From contig JABCTZ010000046.1 of assembly GCA_018238155.1 (NCBI GenBank), positions 224,001 through 288,000 on the forward strand: a stretch of 64,000 nt of DNA, read 5' to 3'. The DNA is from Candidatus Heimdallarchaeota archaeon. GTDB taxonomy: Archaea > Asgardarchaeota > Heimdallarchaeia > JABLTI01. The notes under the pieces were generated by a model. It was given only the letters and a program-made list of their open reading frames with translations. It searched no databases and had not been told where the DNA came from. The translations under genes were made by a program, and so were the position numbers. Positions 1-9,665 of the stretch are shown piece after piece; the stretch's first letter is position 1; each line of letters starts with the position of its first letter.

Positions 1-2
1 TT

Positions 3-488
3 GATGAACGCCGATTTGAATGGAGTTATTACAATGTTCTAGTAGATGAAGTTCTTTCTTGGGTTGTTAGATTTCAAACTTTTAAAAAATCGAATATACC
101 AACTTTAAAAATTCCGGGATATATTTGGGTGTTAATGATTGTGCTGTTTTTCATTGGAGGTATTATTGGAAGTACAGCAGTTTCTCTAATCTACAAATCA
201 AGAACAGATATGGAACGTAAAGAAATAGTTGAGACCTTGCTTTCTCAACCTGAGAAGGATATTTTGAAAATAATCAAAGATGAAGGAGGAACAACAACTC
301 AGAGAAGAATTTGTTCACTTGCCGGTTTTTCCAAAGCTAAAGTATCATATTATATAAATGAATTAGATCAAAAAAATATTATCTCTCGAGAACGTTTTGG
401 TAGAATGAATAGAATTCGTATTATTGATGAAACTTTTGAGAAAGTTTACTTTGATGAAAGGCAAAAGGAAAACGTGGATAAGGACTAA
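3..488 (+). CDS. Membrane-anchored winged-HTH transcriptional regulator (5' partial)
   Basis: The frame is open from nt 3 (DERRFEWSYY...), so the gene starts before the window. One TM helix precedes a wHTH (LSQPEKDILKII...TQRRICSLAGFSKAKVSYYINELDQKNIISRERFGRMNRI). Confidence 0.75.
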   Translation, partial: DERRFEWSYYNVLVDEVLSWVVRFQTFKKSNIPTLKIPGYIWVLMIVLFFIGGIIGSTAVSLIYKSRTDMERKEIVETLLSQPEKDILKIIKDEGGTTTQRRICSLAGFSKAKVSYYINELDQKNIISRERFGRMNRIRIIDETFEKVYFDERQKENVDKD

Positions 489-563
489 TTATTCATTTTT
501 AGTTTAAAATAGATAGAAGTGTACTAATTATTATAACAGATAATTAGTATAGCAATAAATGAA

Positions 564-3500
564 ATGTATAGTTCAGCAAAACACCTAAAGCTTGTAATAT
601 TCTCCTTACTTGTATTTGTATTTGCAAACTCTTTTCTAGGACTACATTCAATTCAAGAAAATGAATTCAATTCAAGTCTTGAAAACTATACGAAAGATAA
701 TTCGCTCTCTCCCGAAGTAAAATTTGAAATTGGGGAAATATTGGAAAATAATACTTGGGGTTCTCCACTACGAGTAACTTCATCGGACTTTGAACGAGAT
801 GGTTTTGTTCTTGCACAAGATTATTCAGGCATTTATCATTGTGTTTGGGTTAGAGATTTTTCACCTAATGAATTGTCACTAAGTTATTCTTCAACAAAGG
901 ATAATTTAAGTATTGAATGGAACTCTGAAATTCACATCCTTCATACACAAGCAGAAATAACAAAATTGGATGTTATATTTGACGAAAACAATACTCTTCA
1001 TTTATCATTTATTGCTGTAAAACAAGAGCTTTATCGTTTATATTACCTCAATAAAGAGGTAAACAATGATACTTGGAGTACTGAACAAATTCTCTATTTT
1101 GATAGCAAACTACAATTAACTAATTTGGAGTCAGCTATTACAAACAATAAAACCATACATTATTTTTGGATTGCAACTGAAAAAAGCTTTGAAGAAAATT
1201 ACAATAGTAGTAGTCTAATTAACTATTTTTCCTTTACTGGTACTGTCACTAATAAAGAACTTGGGGTTCAAAATTTATTCAATTCCTCAAATCCAAAACA
1301 AGTAAGTGTTGTAGTAAAATCAGATGAATCTCTGCAACTAATTTGGACAAATGAATCATCTACAGGAATAGATCATTCAAATTTATTTCTAGTAACTTCA
1401 TTCAACGCAGGAGAAACTTGGGTAGAGGAAATATCTGTTGCCTTGGAAACAAAATTACGGAAATTATTCATAAGTTCAAGTCAAATTACTAATAATTCAT
1501 TCATAGTAGGAATAACAGAAAAGAAACCGTATAAATTAATTTTTCTTGAATATTTCTCTCCAAATGAAACAATAAGCAATACTCCAATACTAATAACTGA
1601 TAATGAAAAAAACGGTTATTTTGGAGGTTTAGTAGAAAATAGAACTAATGGAAATATATTCATTATCTATGAAGAAAAACTAGATACCAGATCTGACTTA
1701 TCATTCCGTCAAAGGAATAATTCTACTAATTCTTGGCAAAATTCTATCAAAATTACTGATAATAGGCATTCTTTAAATCCAATTTTTACTCGAAATAGCT
1801 TTTCTGAAAATGATTTTGGTCTATTAAGCTATCTCGGTAAAAATGAATTAATTTCTAAAAAACTTCTTCTAAATGGAAATTGGACTTCAACAACAAGTAT
1901 CTATCAAACGATGAAATTTAACAGTAAACCCTCATTTGTTATTAATTCAGTAGGAACTACTCATCTTGTTTGGACTCACAGTGGAGTGGATACACATCAA
2001 ATATATTACATGACAAAGGAATTCGAGAAACAGTGGAGATTCAAAGAGAGTTTAAGTGTAAATTGGTGGAAAACAGCGACCAATCCAAGCATAGTTATGG
2101 ATTCAAATGAAAATCTCTTTTGTTTCTTTGTAGCAGATGACAATAATACAAAAGATGATGGAATATTCTATCGATATCTCTTGTACGGACAAGATAACTG
2201 GAGCTCTCCGGAACTAATTAAAATACCTGATGGGGATGCTAGAAAAATTCAACCAAAAGTAATCATTGATTCAGCAGATACAATTCACTTAGTATGGATC
2301 GAAAAAATAACTCTTTTCTCAAATAAAATTGTTTATTCAACAAAAATGACAACTGAAACAAATTTCGCATCAACAATCATACAAGAAAATGATGTTTTTT
2401 GCTATAGTAGAGATTTTGATTTGATCATTGATTCTACAAATATGCTACATTTCGTATATTGTGACATTAACGAAAATGAGAGCCCAAGAACATATAAAAT
2501 TCAATATAGGTATCTTCCTAGTGGAGGAATCTGGTCAGAAATAATGACCATAGACGCAACAAATAAGGACATTTTATTGGAACCAATGATCATTATTGAT
2601 TCAAGTGAAAAGATAACATTAGCTTATTTACGAAGATATTTCATAATTCAATATAAATGGGCAACAGATGTTAGAACTTGGGTGAAAAGTTCACCAAGCT
2701 CAAATTGGGTTCAAAAAGAACCAATTCTCACATATGAAATAATTGATTATCATAATTTCTTTATCATGCCTGATGATACAATTTGCTTTATATATCATTC
2801 AAATTATTTCTCACAAGATGGAAATCCAAGCTACATTAAGGACTATGTTAAATTAATACAAAAAACATCTGGAGAGGATTGGGGAGAAAAGGAATTAGTG
2901 TTTCTAAATCCATTATATGATTCAAAACCTTTGGTACAATTTGATCCTTATACAAAACAATTACAAATTATTGTTATAGAGAAAAAAAGTTTATTTCCTC
3001 ATCTAAACTGGCTAACGAAGCAAAATGATACAGATAGAGACAATTTTGGTGATTACGATGAATTTATCTATAGAACAAATCAAACAATAATCGATAGTGA
3101 TTCTGATGGCTTATCAGATGGATATGAAATGAAAACAAGTTTTACTAACCCATTTTCGTCTGATACAGATTGGGATGGCTTATCAGATGGAGATGAAATG
3201 AATATTTATTTCTCTGATCCTCTTGATATAGACTCAGATCGTGATTTGCTTTCAGATGGAGAAGAAGTATTAATTTGGATGACCAATCCAAATAATATCG
3301 ATACAGATTTCGATGGCATTTACGATTATGATGAGACCTATATTTTCCATACTAATCCAAATTCAAATGATACCGATTCTGATTTAATGCCTGACCTCTG
3401 GGAGATACTCAATGGATTAAATCCATTATATGATGACAGTTTCAAAGATAAAGACTCAGACTTTTTATCGAATTTAGATGAATACCTTTACTATTCTGAT

Positions 3501-3917
3501 CCAAACAATATGGATACGGATTCGGATGGATTATCCGATGGTTTGGAAGTTCACACATATAAAACCAGTCCGATAGCTTTTGATACTGATTTAGATACTT
3601 TGAGTGATAGCGATGAGATACTGATCTATGGTACAAATCCTTTGAGTGAAGATAGCGATTCAGATGGGTATACTGATCGTGAGGAAATAAATAGTGGAAC
3701 AGACCCAAATAATCCCAGAGATAACATAAGATTAGAACAATTGAAGGAAATTCTTCTAGTAACTTTGATTCCAATTGGAATTATCGTTTTAATTACAACT
3801 TTTCTTGAGATAAGATATCGTTATCGCATTAAGCAAGCTGTATCAGAGGAAGCTTTAATTTCACTCGAAGATCAAAAAATACTTGAAAAGCATTTTCAGA
3901 ATGTGAAAGATGATTAG
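564..3917 (+). CDS. Large surface protein: beta-propeller-like ectodomain, Ca-binding TSP3-like repeats, C-terminal TM anchor
   Basis: N-terminal signal/TM; repeated blades of the type 'P-x-I-x-x-D-S-x-x-T-I-H-L-V-W' with WS/WG turns; 10 DxDxDxxxDxxE repeats; hydrophobic helix followed by RYRYR. Confidence 0.75.
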   Translation: MYSSAKHLKLVIFSLLVFVFANSFLGLHSIQENEFNSSLENYTKDNSLSPEVKFEIGEILENNTWGSPLRVTSSDFERDGFVLAQDYSGIYHCVWVRDFSPNELSLSYSSTKDNLSIEWNSEIHILHTQAEITKLDVIFDENNTLHLSFIAVKQELYRLYYLNKEVNNDTWSTEQILYFDSKLQLTNLESAITNNKTIHYFWIATEKSFEENYNSSSLINYFSFTGTVTNKELGVQNLFNSSNPKQVSVVVKSDESLQLIWTNESSTGIDHSNLFLVTSFNAGETWVEEISVALETKLRKLFISSSQITNNSFIVGITEKKPYKLIFLEYFSPNETISNTPILITDNEKNGYFGGLVENRTNGNIFIIYEEKLDTRSDLSFRQRNNSTNSWQNSIKITDNRHSLNPIFTRNSFSENDFGLLSYLGKNELISKKLLLNGNWTSTTSIYQTMKFNSKPSFVINSVGTTHLVWTHSGVDTHQIYYMTKEFEKQWRFKESLSVNWWKTATNPSIVMDSNENLFCFFVADDNNTKDDGIFYRYLLYGQDNWSSPELIKIPDGDARKIQPKVIIDSADTIHLVWIEKITLFSNKIVYSTKMTTETNFASTIIQENDVFCYSRDFDLIIDSTNMLHFVYCDINENESPRTYKIQYRYLPSGGIWSEIMTIDATNKDILLEPMIIIDSSEKITLAYLRRYFIIQYKWATDVRTWVKSSPSSNWVQKEPILTYEIIDYHNFFIMPDDTICFIYHSNYFSQDGNPSYIKDYVKLIQKTSGEDWGEKELVFLNPLYDSKPLVQFDPYTKQLQIIVIEKKSLFPHLNWLTKQNDTDRDNFGDYDEFIYRTNQTIIDSDSDGLSDGYEMKTSFTNPFSSDTDWDGLSDGDEMNIYFSDPLDIDSDRDLLSDGEEVLIWMTNPNNIDTDFDGIYDYDETYIFHTNPNSNDTDSDLMPDLWEILNGLNPLYDDSFKDKDSDFLSNLDEYLYYSDPNNMDTDSDGLSDGLEVHTYKTSPIAFDTDLDTLSDSDEILIYGTNPLSEDSDSDGYTDREEINSGTDPNNPRDNIRLEQLKEILLVTLIPIGIIVLITTFLEIRYRYRIKQAVSEEALISLEDQKILEKHFQNVKDD
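3027..3720 (+). repeat. Ten intragenic DxDxDG(L)xDxxE thrombospondin-type-3-like repeats (mostly ~23 aa period)
   Basis: Repeats run from DTDRD to DSDSDGYTDREE. An identical 18-mer GATGGCTTATCAGATGGA occurs at 3105 and 3174, 69 nt apart. Confidence 0.85.
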
Positions 3918-4084
3918 ACTGTATCTTTACCGTAATCGAAAGTATAATTAATATCTTCTATCAATCACTATTTGGAAAGAAATTATTTCAAATACATTGA
4001 AGTTCTTTAGTAAAACCTTAAAGAGAATTCTTCTTTTCAGAGATAATTCTTATTGAATGTAACAGATTGAGAAGGTAATAATCA

Positions 4085-4903
4085 TTGATACACAAGATAA
4101 TAGTAATTGACCAAAGAACAACTGTAGGTCAGATTCTTTTCGATGATGGGTTAGTATTACTTGAAACTGATTTGTTAACAGGATTTATTTCAGCATTAAG
4201 TGCATTCGCACAATGTTTAGGAGAACAATCTGTCGAATTTAAAGGCGCAGACTTAGGAGACAATCGATTTTCTCTTATCTCTCGAGATCATCTAACATAT
4301 GCAGTTTTTCAAGATTTATTTGATAATGAACCTTTTGCGCGGTTAACTCTTAAAGAAATAATTGATATTTATCATGATGAATTAATGGAAACCAATCTCT
4401 CCATGGAATCAATTCGTAGTTCAATTACAAAAGAGATTACTACTCTAATTGAAACTGAATACTTTCCTATCAGTATTTTGGAGACAATCAATGAAGACAT
4501 TAATGAAATAATAAAACATTCTCCTATCAATTTTGATTTAATGTTTCTTTCTAGTATTACTAACGGAATAATACATGTGTGGAGGCGTCCTATTAACCCA
4601 TCAATTATGAAACAATTTTTGGATGTAATCTCAAAAATTCCATTAGAAATGAGCTGGATTGCAGAAGGAAAAATTCCTAAAAATGGTTCAACAGAAGACG
4701 ATGAAGATAATTCAAATTTAGAAGCTTGGATGATCAAACGCGTTAGTCAAACAAATTTCTTCATTGCAGGTAGAGCGATTGCTAAGGATAATGAAATGAA
4801 AGATGGTTGCTCACAAAAAATAACAAGTATATTTGAAAATATTTCAGGTCTAATCGAAAATTCTCTTGAAAAAGAATGGATTCGAATCGCCAAATATCAG
4901 TAA
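4085..4903 (+). CDS. Longin-like domain protein (Asgard type), possibly two tandem longin/roadblock-like domains
   Basis: N-terminal beta-hairpin, then DLLTGFISALSAFAQCLG helix, three strands and a helix; this is the pattern of Asgard longins. TTG start after GAAGGT. Confidence 0.65.
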   Translation: MIHKIIVIDQRTTVGQILFDDGLVLLETDLLTGFISALSAFAQCLGEQSVEFKGADLGDNRFSLISRDHLTYAVFQDLFDNEPFARLTLKEIIDIYHDELMETNLSMESIRSSITKEITTLIETEYFPISILETINEDINEIIKHSPINFDLMFLSSITNGIIHVWRRPINPSIMKQFLDVISKIPLEMSWIAEGKIPKNGSTEDDEDNSNLEAWMIKRVSQTNFFIAGRAIAKDNEMKDGCSQKITSIFENISGLIENSLEKEWIRIAKYQ

Positions 4904-5034
4904 TTCTAGCATTTTCCCTTTAATGAGAAAGTTTTAAGTAAATGTCTTACTACTTTTTTTATAGTATAATTATTTGGATTCAAAACAATTTGTCATTACA
5001 TTCTAAAATGAATCTAATATAGGAAGAATGTGAA

Positions 5035-5766
5035 ATGGATAAAGCTAAAGATGCACAAAAACTAATTCAAAATGGACTAGATGCTTTAAGTAAAAATAAG
5101 AATGAAAAAGCATTGGAGCTTTTTATTCAAGCATTAAAAATTGAGCCGAAAAATACCATGGCTTGGAACAATAAAGGTGTTGCCTTAAGGAAATTAGGCA
5201 AGATCGAGGAAGCCATTAACTGTTATGATACAGCTCTAAGCATTAGTCCGGATTCATCTCAAACATTGGTCAATAAAGCTCGAGCTTTAAAAATACTCAA
5301 AAAATTTGATTTGGCATTATTCACTTATGAAGATATTTTGGAACTCGACCCTGAACATCAGGAAGCTAAAGAAGAACGAGAACGTGTAAGAAGTCTACTT
5401 GCAAAACGTGCACAAATAGCGTCTAAAGGAGAAAATATAACTCAAATAGAAAAAGAAGAAAAAGAGTTATTTGAAGAAAGAAAAAAGGATTTGATAGAAT
5501 TCCTAGAGGAGTCTCAAATAAGTATTAATGATTCTGTCCAAAGAATAAAGGAAATGTTTACTCATGGAATCAAAGAAGAAGCTTTAGATCAAAGAGAAAA
5601 AATAACTCGAGCAATTGTCTCATTCAACGATCAAATTACAGACAGGGTTAAAGTTGTTACAGAAGAATTCTCTACATTGAACTTTGAGAAAGAATGTCAA
5701 GAAAGTTTAATTATTTGGCACTCTTTTAAGGATAAAAAACTAGGTGAATTAGAAAAAATGAACTAG
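5035..5766 (+). CDS. TPR-repeat protein with C-terminal helical/coiled-coil region
   Basis: About three TPRs (AWNNKGVALRKLGKIEEAINCYDTALSISP etc.). Confidence 0.85.
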   Translation: MDKAKDAQKLIQNGLDALSKNKNEKALELFIQALKIEPKNTMAWNNKGVALRKLGKIEEAINCYDTALSISPDSSQTLVNKARALKILKKFDLALFTYEDILELDPEHQEAKEERERVRSLLAKRAQIASKGENITQIEKEEKELFEERKKDLIEFLEESQISINDSVQRIKEMFTHGIKEEALDQREKITRAIVSFNDQITDRVKVVTEEFSTLNFEKECQESLIIWHSFKDKKLGELEKMN

Positions 5767-6002
5767 AAGCAGCAGCTTTTCTATTAGTTTTGGTTCTATT
5801 TTCTTATTTTCCCAATTGCTTTCAGCAGTGCGTTTATAGTACGAACATACATACGTGTGTGATATGGTGGTAATAAGAATGAATTACCCTTTTTTAAATA
5901 GTGTAATAGCAGAAGGATATCTACGAATATATCCTTTGGCTAATGCAAAATCGAGGTGCGTATTAGTGTCGGGATGTGTTTGACCGAGGTGAACAAGGTT
6001 TG

Positions 6003-6149
6003 ATGAGACTATTAACAGTACATGTACCCGATGGATTTTTGGAAGGACTAGATGAATTAGTTAGAAACAAACGATATGCAAATCGTAGTGAAATTATTAG
6101 AATCGCTATACGCGATCTTTTAAGAGATGAATTGTGGGAACAGAGATAA
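6003..6149 (+). CDS. Small ribbon-helix-helix protein, CopG/NikR-N family, CdrS-like (missed by ORF track)
   Basis: MRLLTVHVPDGFLEGLDELVRNKRYANRSEIIRIAIRDLLRDELWEQR (48 aa) has the RHH signature Y-x-NRSE-x-IR-x-A-x-R. SD GAGGTGA at 5986-5992; T-rich tract after the stop. Confidence 0.9.
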   Translation: MRLLTVHVPDGFLEGLDELVRNKRYANRSEIIRIAIRDLLRDELWEQR

Positions 6150-6219
6150 TCATTCTCACCCATTCATTATCTTATTTCTTTTCTTTTTAGTTTTCCGTTT
6201 TTATTTCTTAGTAGTTATT

Positions 6220-7767
6220 TTAGTAAACATTTAGAAAATTTCTGATTGAATCTTCATCGTCCAATCTAACAATTGGTACATCAAGCAATTTTCCAACATT
6301 TGATAATTCTTTTTGATAATCACCCATAGTTAAAGATAGGTGATTTGTTCCTAATGCTTTTAAGAATGACTCAGGAGAAACTTTCAATTGAACTGCTGTA
6401 TGAGGCCAGGTAGTTCCCCAAGCAATTCTTTCCTTTTCTTTTATTGAAACTATTTTTCCAAGTCCAAATTGTAAAATGTAACGTCCATCGATCCGACAAA
6501 GTCTAGCATATGTTGCTTCATTCTGAGAAGCAGGTGTATGATATCCAAAAGCACCTCCGGCAATTCCTTGACATTGAGGTTGAATTGTACTTTTTGATAG
6601 AGTTTTTTTCGGAGAATTAGATAGCCCTGCATAATATGCACTTGCTGCGCCACAATTTGCGATAATAAAATAGTTATCAGTAATGACTTTGATATCTCCA
6701 AAGAGTGGAGGGACAGCACAATTTAAGCTATAGAGAATTGCAGAAGTCAATAATCCTTTGATATCCCCTTCACATACAGTGGGAATAATTGGTTTCTCTC
6801 CTGTATGATCTTCCGGGAAAGGTAAAAAGGCAGGTAATAAACAAGGAGTGATACCATATTCAACACTTAATTCTGGTTGACATTTTATTGATGTTCCAAT
6901 TATCCTTTCTCCTTTCTCATGATAAGCACTAATAATATCCTTTGCAGCTAAATAGAGTGCAATTTGCTTGTTCAATATTTCTTCACTTATCATTTTATTA
7001 TCAAAAGTAATTGAACAACCATTTTTTGTTAACCAGTCTTTAAATGAACTAATTCTAGTGCTCTCATTTTGAAGGATTTCAGTTCCTGTCTTAATAAGCA
7101 AATATTGATCTTGTGTTTCTATATCATTAATAATGAAACGTTTGAGATATGGTATATCATCATTCAAGTGCTCCATATTCAAAGCAGGAGTTCCACCCCA
7201 AAGTAACAGTTTCCCATTTCGTAAATAATTTAATGCACAAGAAGCTTTTAACCATGGAATCATTGTTTCAACAGAGCCATTAATTGGTAGTAAAAACCTT
7301 GCATGGTGTTTTATGTAGTAATTATATGATGCTTCCCAAAATGAAGCACCCGTTGAAGATATGGCAGTTATTCCTGGCCAAAGTGGGTTATTTCTTGTCA
7401 CCAATCCAACAGGAACATCTAATTCTTTTGCTAACTCAAGTGGAACATTTGGTTCATTCCAAGCAAAGCAACATAGAAGTAAAGCACTTATTTTTTCTTC
7501 AATAAAAGGCATCTTTAGTTTATCTATTTGTGAGAGAGAATTAATGCCAAAGATTTTTCCTCTTTTGTTATCTTGTAAATCGTTTTGTGGGTCAATAATC
7601 TCAAAACCATTTCTTTTTAATGCAGAAACTAAATCCAAATGGGTTTGTTTGATGTACTCTTCTCGTTCATTGACAAGTTTAACATCATCTCTTGGATCTG
7701 TAAATGATACAACACCAATCCGATAATTTGGTTTAGCAAACTCTTTTTGAGAATCACTTTTTTTCAT
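6220..7767 (-). CDS. L-fucose/L-arabinose isomerase family protein
   Basis: SFTDPR, KCQPEL, CEGDIKG, NCGA and WPHT...NH motifs. Confidence 0.8.
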   Translation of the reverse strand: MKKSDSQKEFAKPNYRIGVVSFTDPRDDVKLVNEREEYIKQTHLDLVSALKRNGFEIIDPQNDLQDNKRGKIFGINSLSQIDKLKMPFIEEKISALLLCCFAWNEPNVPLELAKELDVPVGLVTRNNPLWPGITAISSTGASFWEASYNYYIKHHARFLLPINGSVETMIPWLKASCALNYLRNGKLLLWGGTPALNMEHLNDDIPYLKRFIINDIETQDQYLLIKTGTEILQNESTRISSFKDWLTKNGCSITFDNKMISEEILNKQIALYLAAKDIISAYHEKGERIIGTSIKCQPELSVEYGITPCLLPAFLPFPEDHTGEKPIIPTVCEGDIKGLLTSAILYSLNCAVPPLFGDIKVITDNYFIIANCGAASAYYAGLSNSPKKTLSKSTIQPQCQGIAGGAFGYHTPASQNEATYARLCRIDGRYILQFGLGKIVSIKEKERIAWGTTWPHTAVQLKVSPESFLKALGTNHLSLTMGDYQKELSNVGKLLDVPIVRLDDEDSIRNFLNVY

Positions 7768-7910
7768 TTCAAATACACTCTAATTAATTCTATTCTTTTA
7801 TTAGATATATTTATTGTTTGTCTAATTAGAACCAATAAACCATAAATTCTTATAACAAAATATTTGTAGTGTTGCATAAGAGATTCTCAAAGAGTACTGG
7901 AGAATTAAAG

Positions 7911-8627
7911 ATGTCATTTCCCCGACAAAGGTATGTGTTAGATACAACTGCTTTTACTGATGCACGATTAGTCAGCCAATTTGGCGGTTCAATCGCTGAT
8001 GCTGCAAATCAACTTGCTGAATTGATTAGCATTGGACGATTACGATTAAACATTTCTTGTTATATGCCTCCTAGTACATTTAATGAATTGAAGAAATTCT
8101 TGTTAGAAAACAAATGTACAGTTAGAGATATTGATCAAGTTGAAGCTTGGGTTGTTCGTAAATCTCCAGACAGATATTCCGTTCTTCTTTCATCTCAAGT
8201 AATTTATGAATATGTTTCTGATGTGCGAGATAGACTTGATCAAGGAATGGATATCGTACGTCGAGCAATAAAAGAAGGGATTAAGCGAACTGAAGAAAAT
8301 CTTCTCAAAAAAGATGGCGTGAATCCAAAAGATTTGGAAAAAAGCATTGCACGGACTTATGAGGATAAATATCGTCAAAGAATGAGACGAGGTGTTCTCG
8401 ACTCTCTTCCTGATATTGATACACTTATTCTAGCAAAAGAGCTTGGAGCAGGCATTGTTTCTGCAGATAAAGGAATCAAAGCATGGACAGAGAGAATGGG
8501 TATTAGATTTGTTGAGGCGAATTTCTTTCCACAAATTATTTTGACTTATCTAGAGAGGCTTGAAGATCTCCCGCAGTCTATAAAAAACGTTAAAGAGTTT
8601 GGTGGAAATAAGAAAAGAACTATTTAA
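7911..8627 (+). CDS. RNA-free RNase P, HARP/Aq_880 PIN-like family (UPF0278)
   Basis: RQRYVLDTTAFTD, SCYMPPS, KSPDRY, RRGVLDSLPDIDTLILAKEL, VSADKGI. ATG 7911 after GGAG is preferred over 7869. Confidence 0.9.
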   Translation: MSFPRQRYVLDTTAFTDARLVSQFGGSIADAANQLAELISIGRLRLNISCYMPPSTFNELKKFLLENKCTVRDIDQVEAWVVRKSPDRYSVLLSSQVIYEYVSDVRDRLDQGMDIVRRAIKEGIKRTEENLLKKDGVNPKDLEKSIARTYEDKYRQRMRRGVLDSLPDIDTLILAKELGAGIVSADKGIKAWTERMGIRFVEANFFPQIILTYLERLEDLPQSIKNVKEFGGNKKRTI

Positions 8628-8678
8628 TGAATACAAGCTAGTAATAAATGATTATTTATACTATAGGTGAAAAAACAA

Positions 8679-8921
8679 ATGTCTGAAAAGAAAATGCCTT
8701 TTGAAAAGGAAATTGAAGAAGAATATGATGATATTCGATTGCTTTTTAGATCCAATGATGATTGTTTGTTTCGTGGAGTTCTTGGTGGTTTAGCTGAATA
8801 TTGGAATATGAATTCGACAATACTTAGACTGATTTTTTTACTTTCAGTTATTTTAACTGGTGGTTTAATGATTATCGTCTATTTTATTTTAGCAAAACTA
8901 ATCCCAATAGAACCAAATTGA
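8679..8921 (+). CDS. PspC domain membrane protein
   Basis: LFRSNDD...GVLGGLAEY...ILRL...YFILAKLIP; SD AGGTGA upstream. Confidence 0.85.
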   Translation: MSEKKMPFEKEIEEEYDDIRLLFRSNDDCLFRGVLGGLAEYWNMNSTILRLIFLLSVILTGGLMIIVYFILAKLIPIEPN

Positions 8922-8994
8922 AATTAGTAATCGAAAAAAGTGGATAATTAATAGCTATAAATATTCGATAGCAAGATAAGTGAAAGTGGTTATA

Positions 8995-9486
8995 ATGCGA
9001 AAAATTTGGGCTCCTTGGAGAATTGAATATATTCAACAAGAAAAATCAGATAATCAATGCTTCATTTGTGAAATTCTAGAAGAAGATAAAGATAAAGAAA
9101 ATTTAATTCTCTTTCGAGGAGAAAAAGCAATAGTTATGTTAAATAAATATCCTTACATCGCGGGTCATTTAATGGTTGCCCCAAAACATCATACAGCTGA
9201 AATTGATTCTCTACACCCTGCTACATATCAAGAAATGTGGCAATTAATGTCAAAATCAGTTTTGGTACTTAAGGAATCAATCAAGCCTGAGGGATTTAAT
9301 ATCGGTATTAATTTAGGAAAAGTATCTGGTGCAGGGTTAAAAACACATATCCATATTCATATCGTCCCAAGATGGTCTGGAGATACTAACTTTATGCCAA
9401 TCCTCACTAATACTCGAGTTATTTCTGAAGCACTCGAAAAAACATATGATAAATTTATGAAACATAAAAATATCTTTGATGAGTAA
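8995..9486 (+). CDS. HIT family hydrolase (Ap4A phosphorylase/FHIT-like)
   Basis: IWAPWR, CFIC, NKYPY..GHLM, HIHIHIVPRW.GDTNF. Confidence 0.92.
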   Translation: MRKIWAPWRIEYIQQEKSDNQCFICEILEEDKDKENLILFRGEKAIVMLNKYPYIAGHLMVAPKHHTAEIDSLHPATYQEMWQLMSKSVLVLKESIKPEGFNIGINLGKVSGAGLKTHIHIHIVPRWSGDTNFMPILTNTRVISEALEKTYDKFMKHKNIFDE

Positions 9487-9665
9487 CCAAATTTACAGAA
9501 TATAAAGAGTAAATCGAATGAAATATCATTTAAGAAAAAGAATTGACTCGAAACGATTAAAGTAACCGCCTAAACCTTTACTGATACTTGAAAGATAAAT
9601 AATGTAAATAAAAAGAGAAAACTCGATCCTATTTAATAGAATCAAATTTCAAGGGTTAAAAAAAA

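Noticed and set aside
3027-3720. Periodic GAT-rich repeats as a non-coding repeat array
   Set aside because: They are explained by Asp-rich Ca-binding protein repeats.
5963-6163. 66-aa minus-strand ORF in the track
   Set aside because: It is the antisense shadow of the + strand RHH gene 6003-6149, which has a family motif and an SD.
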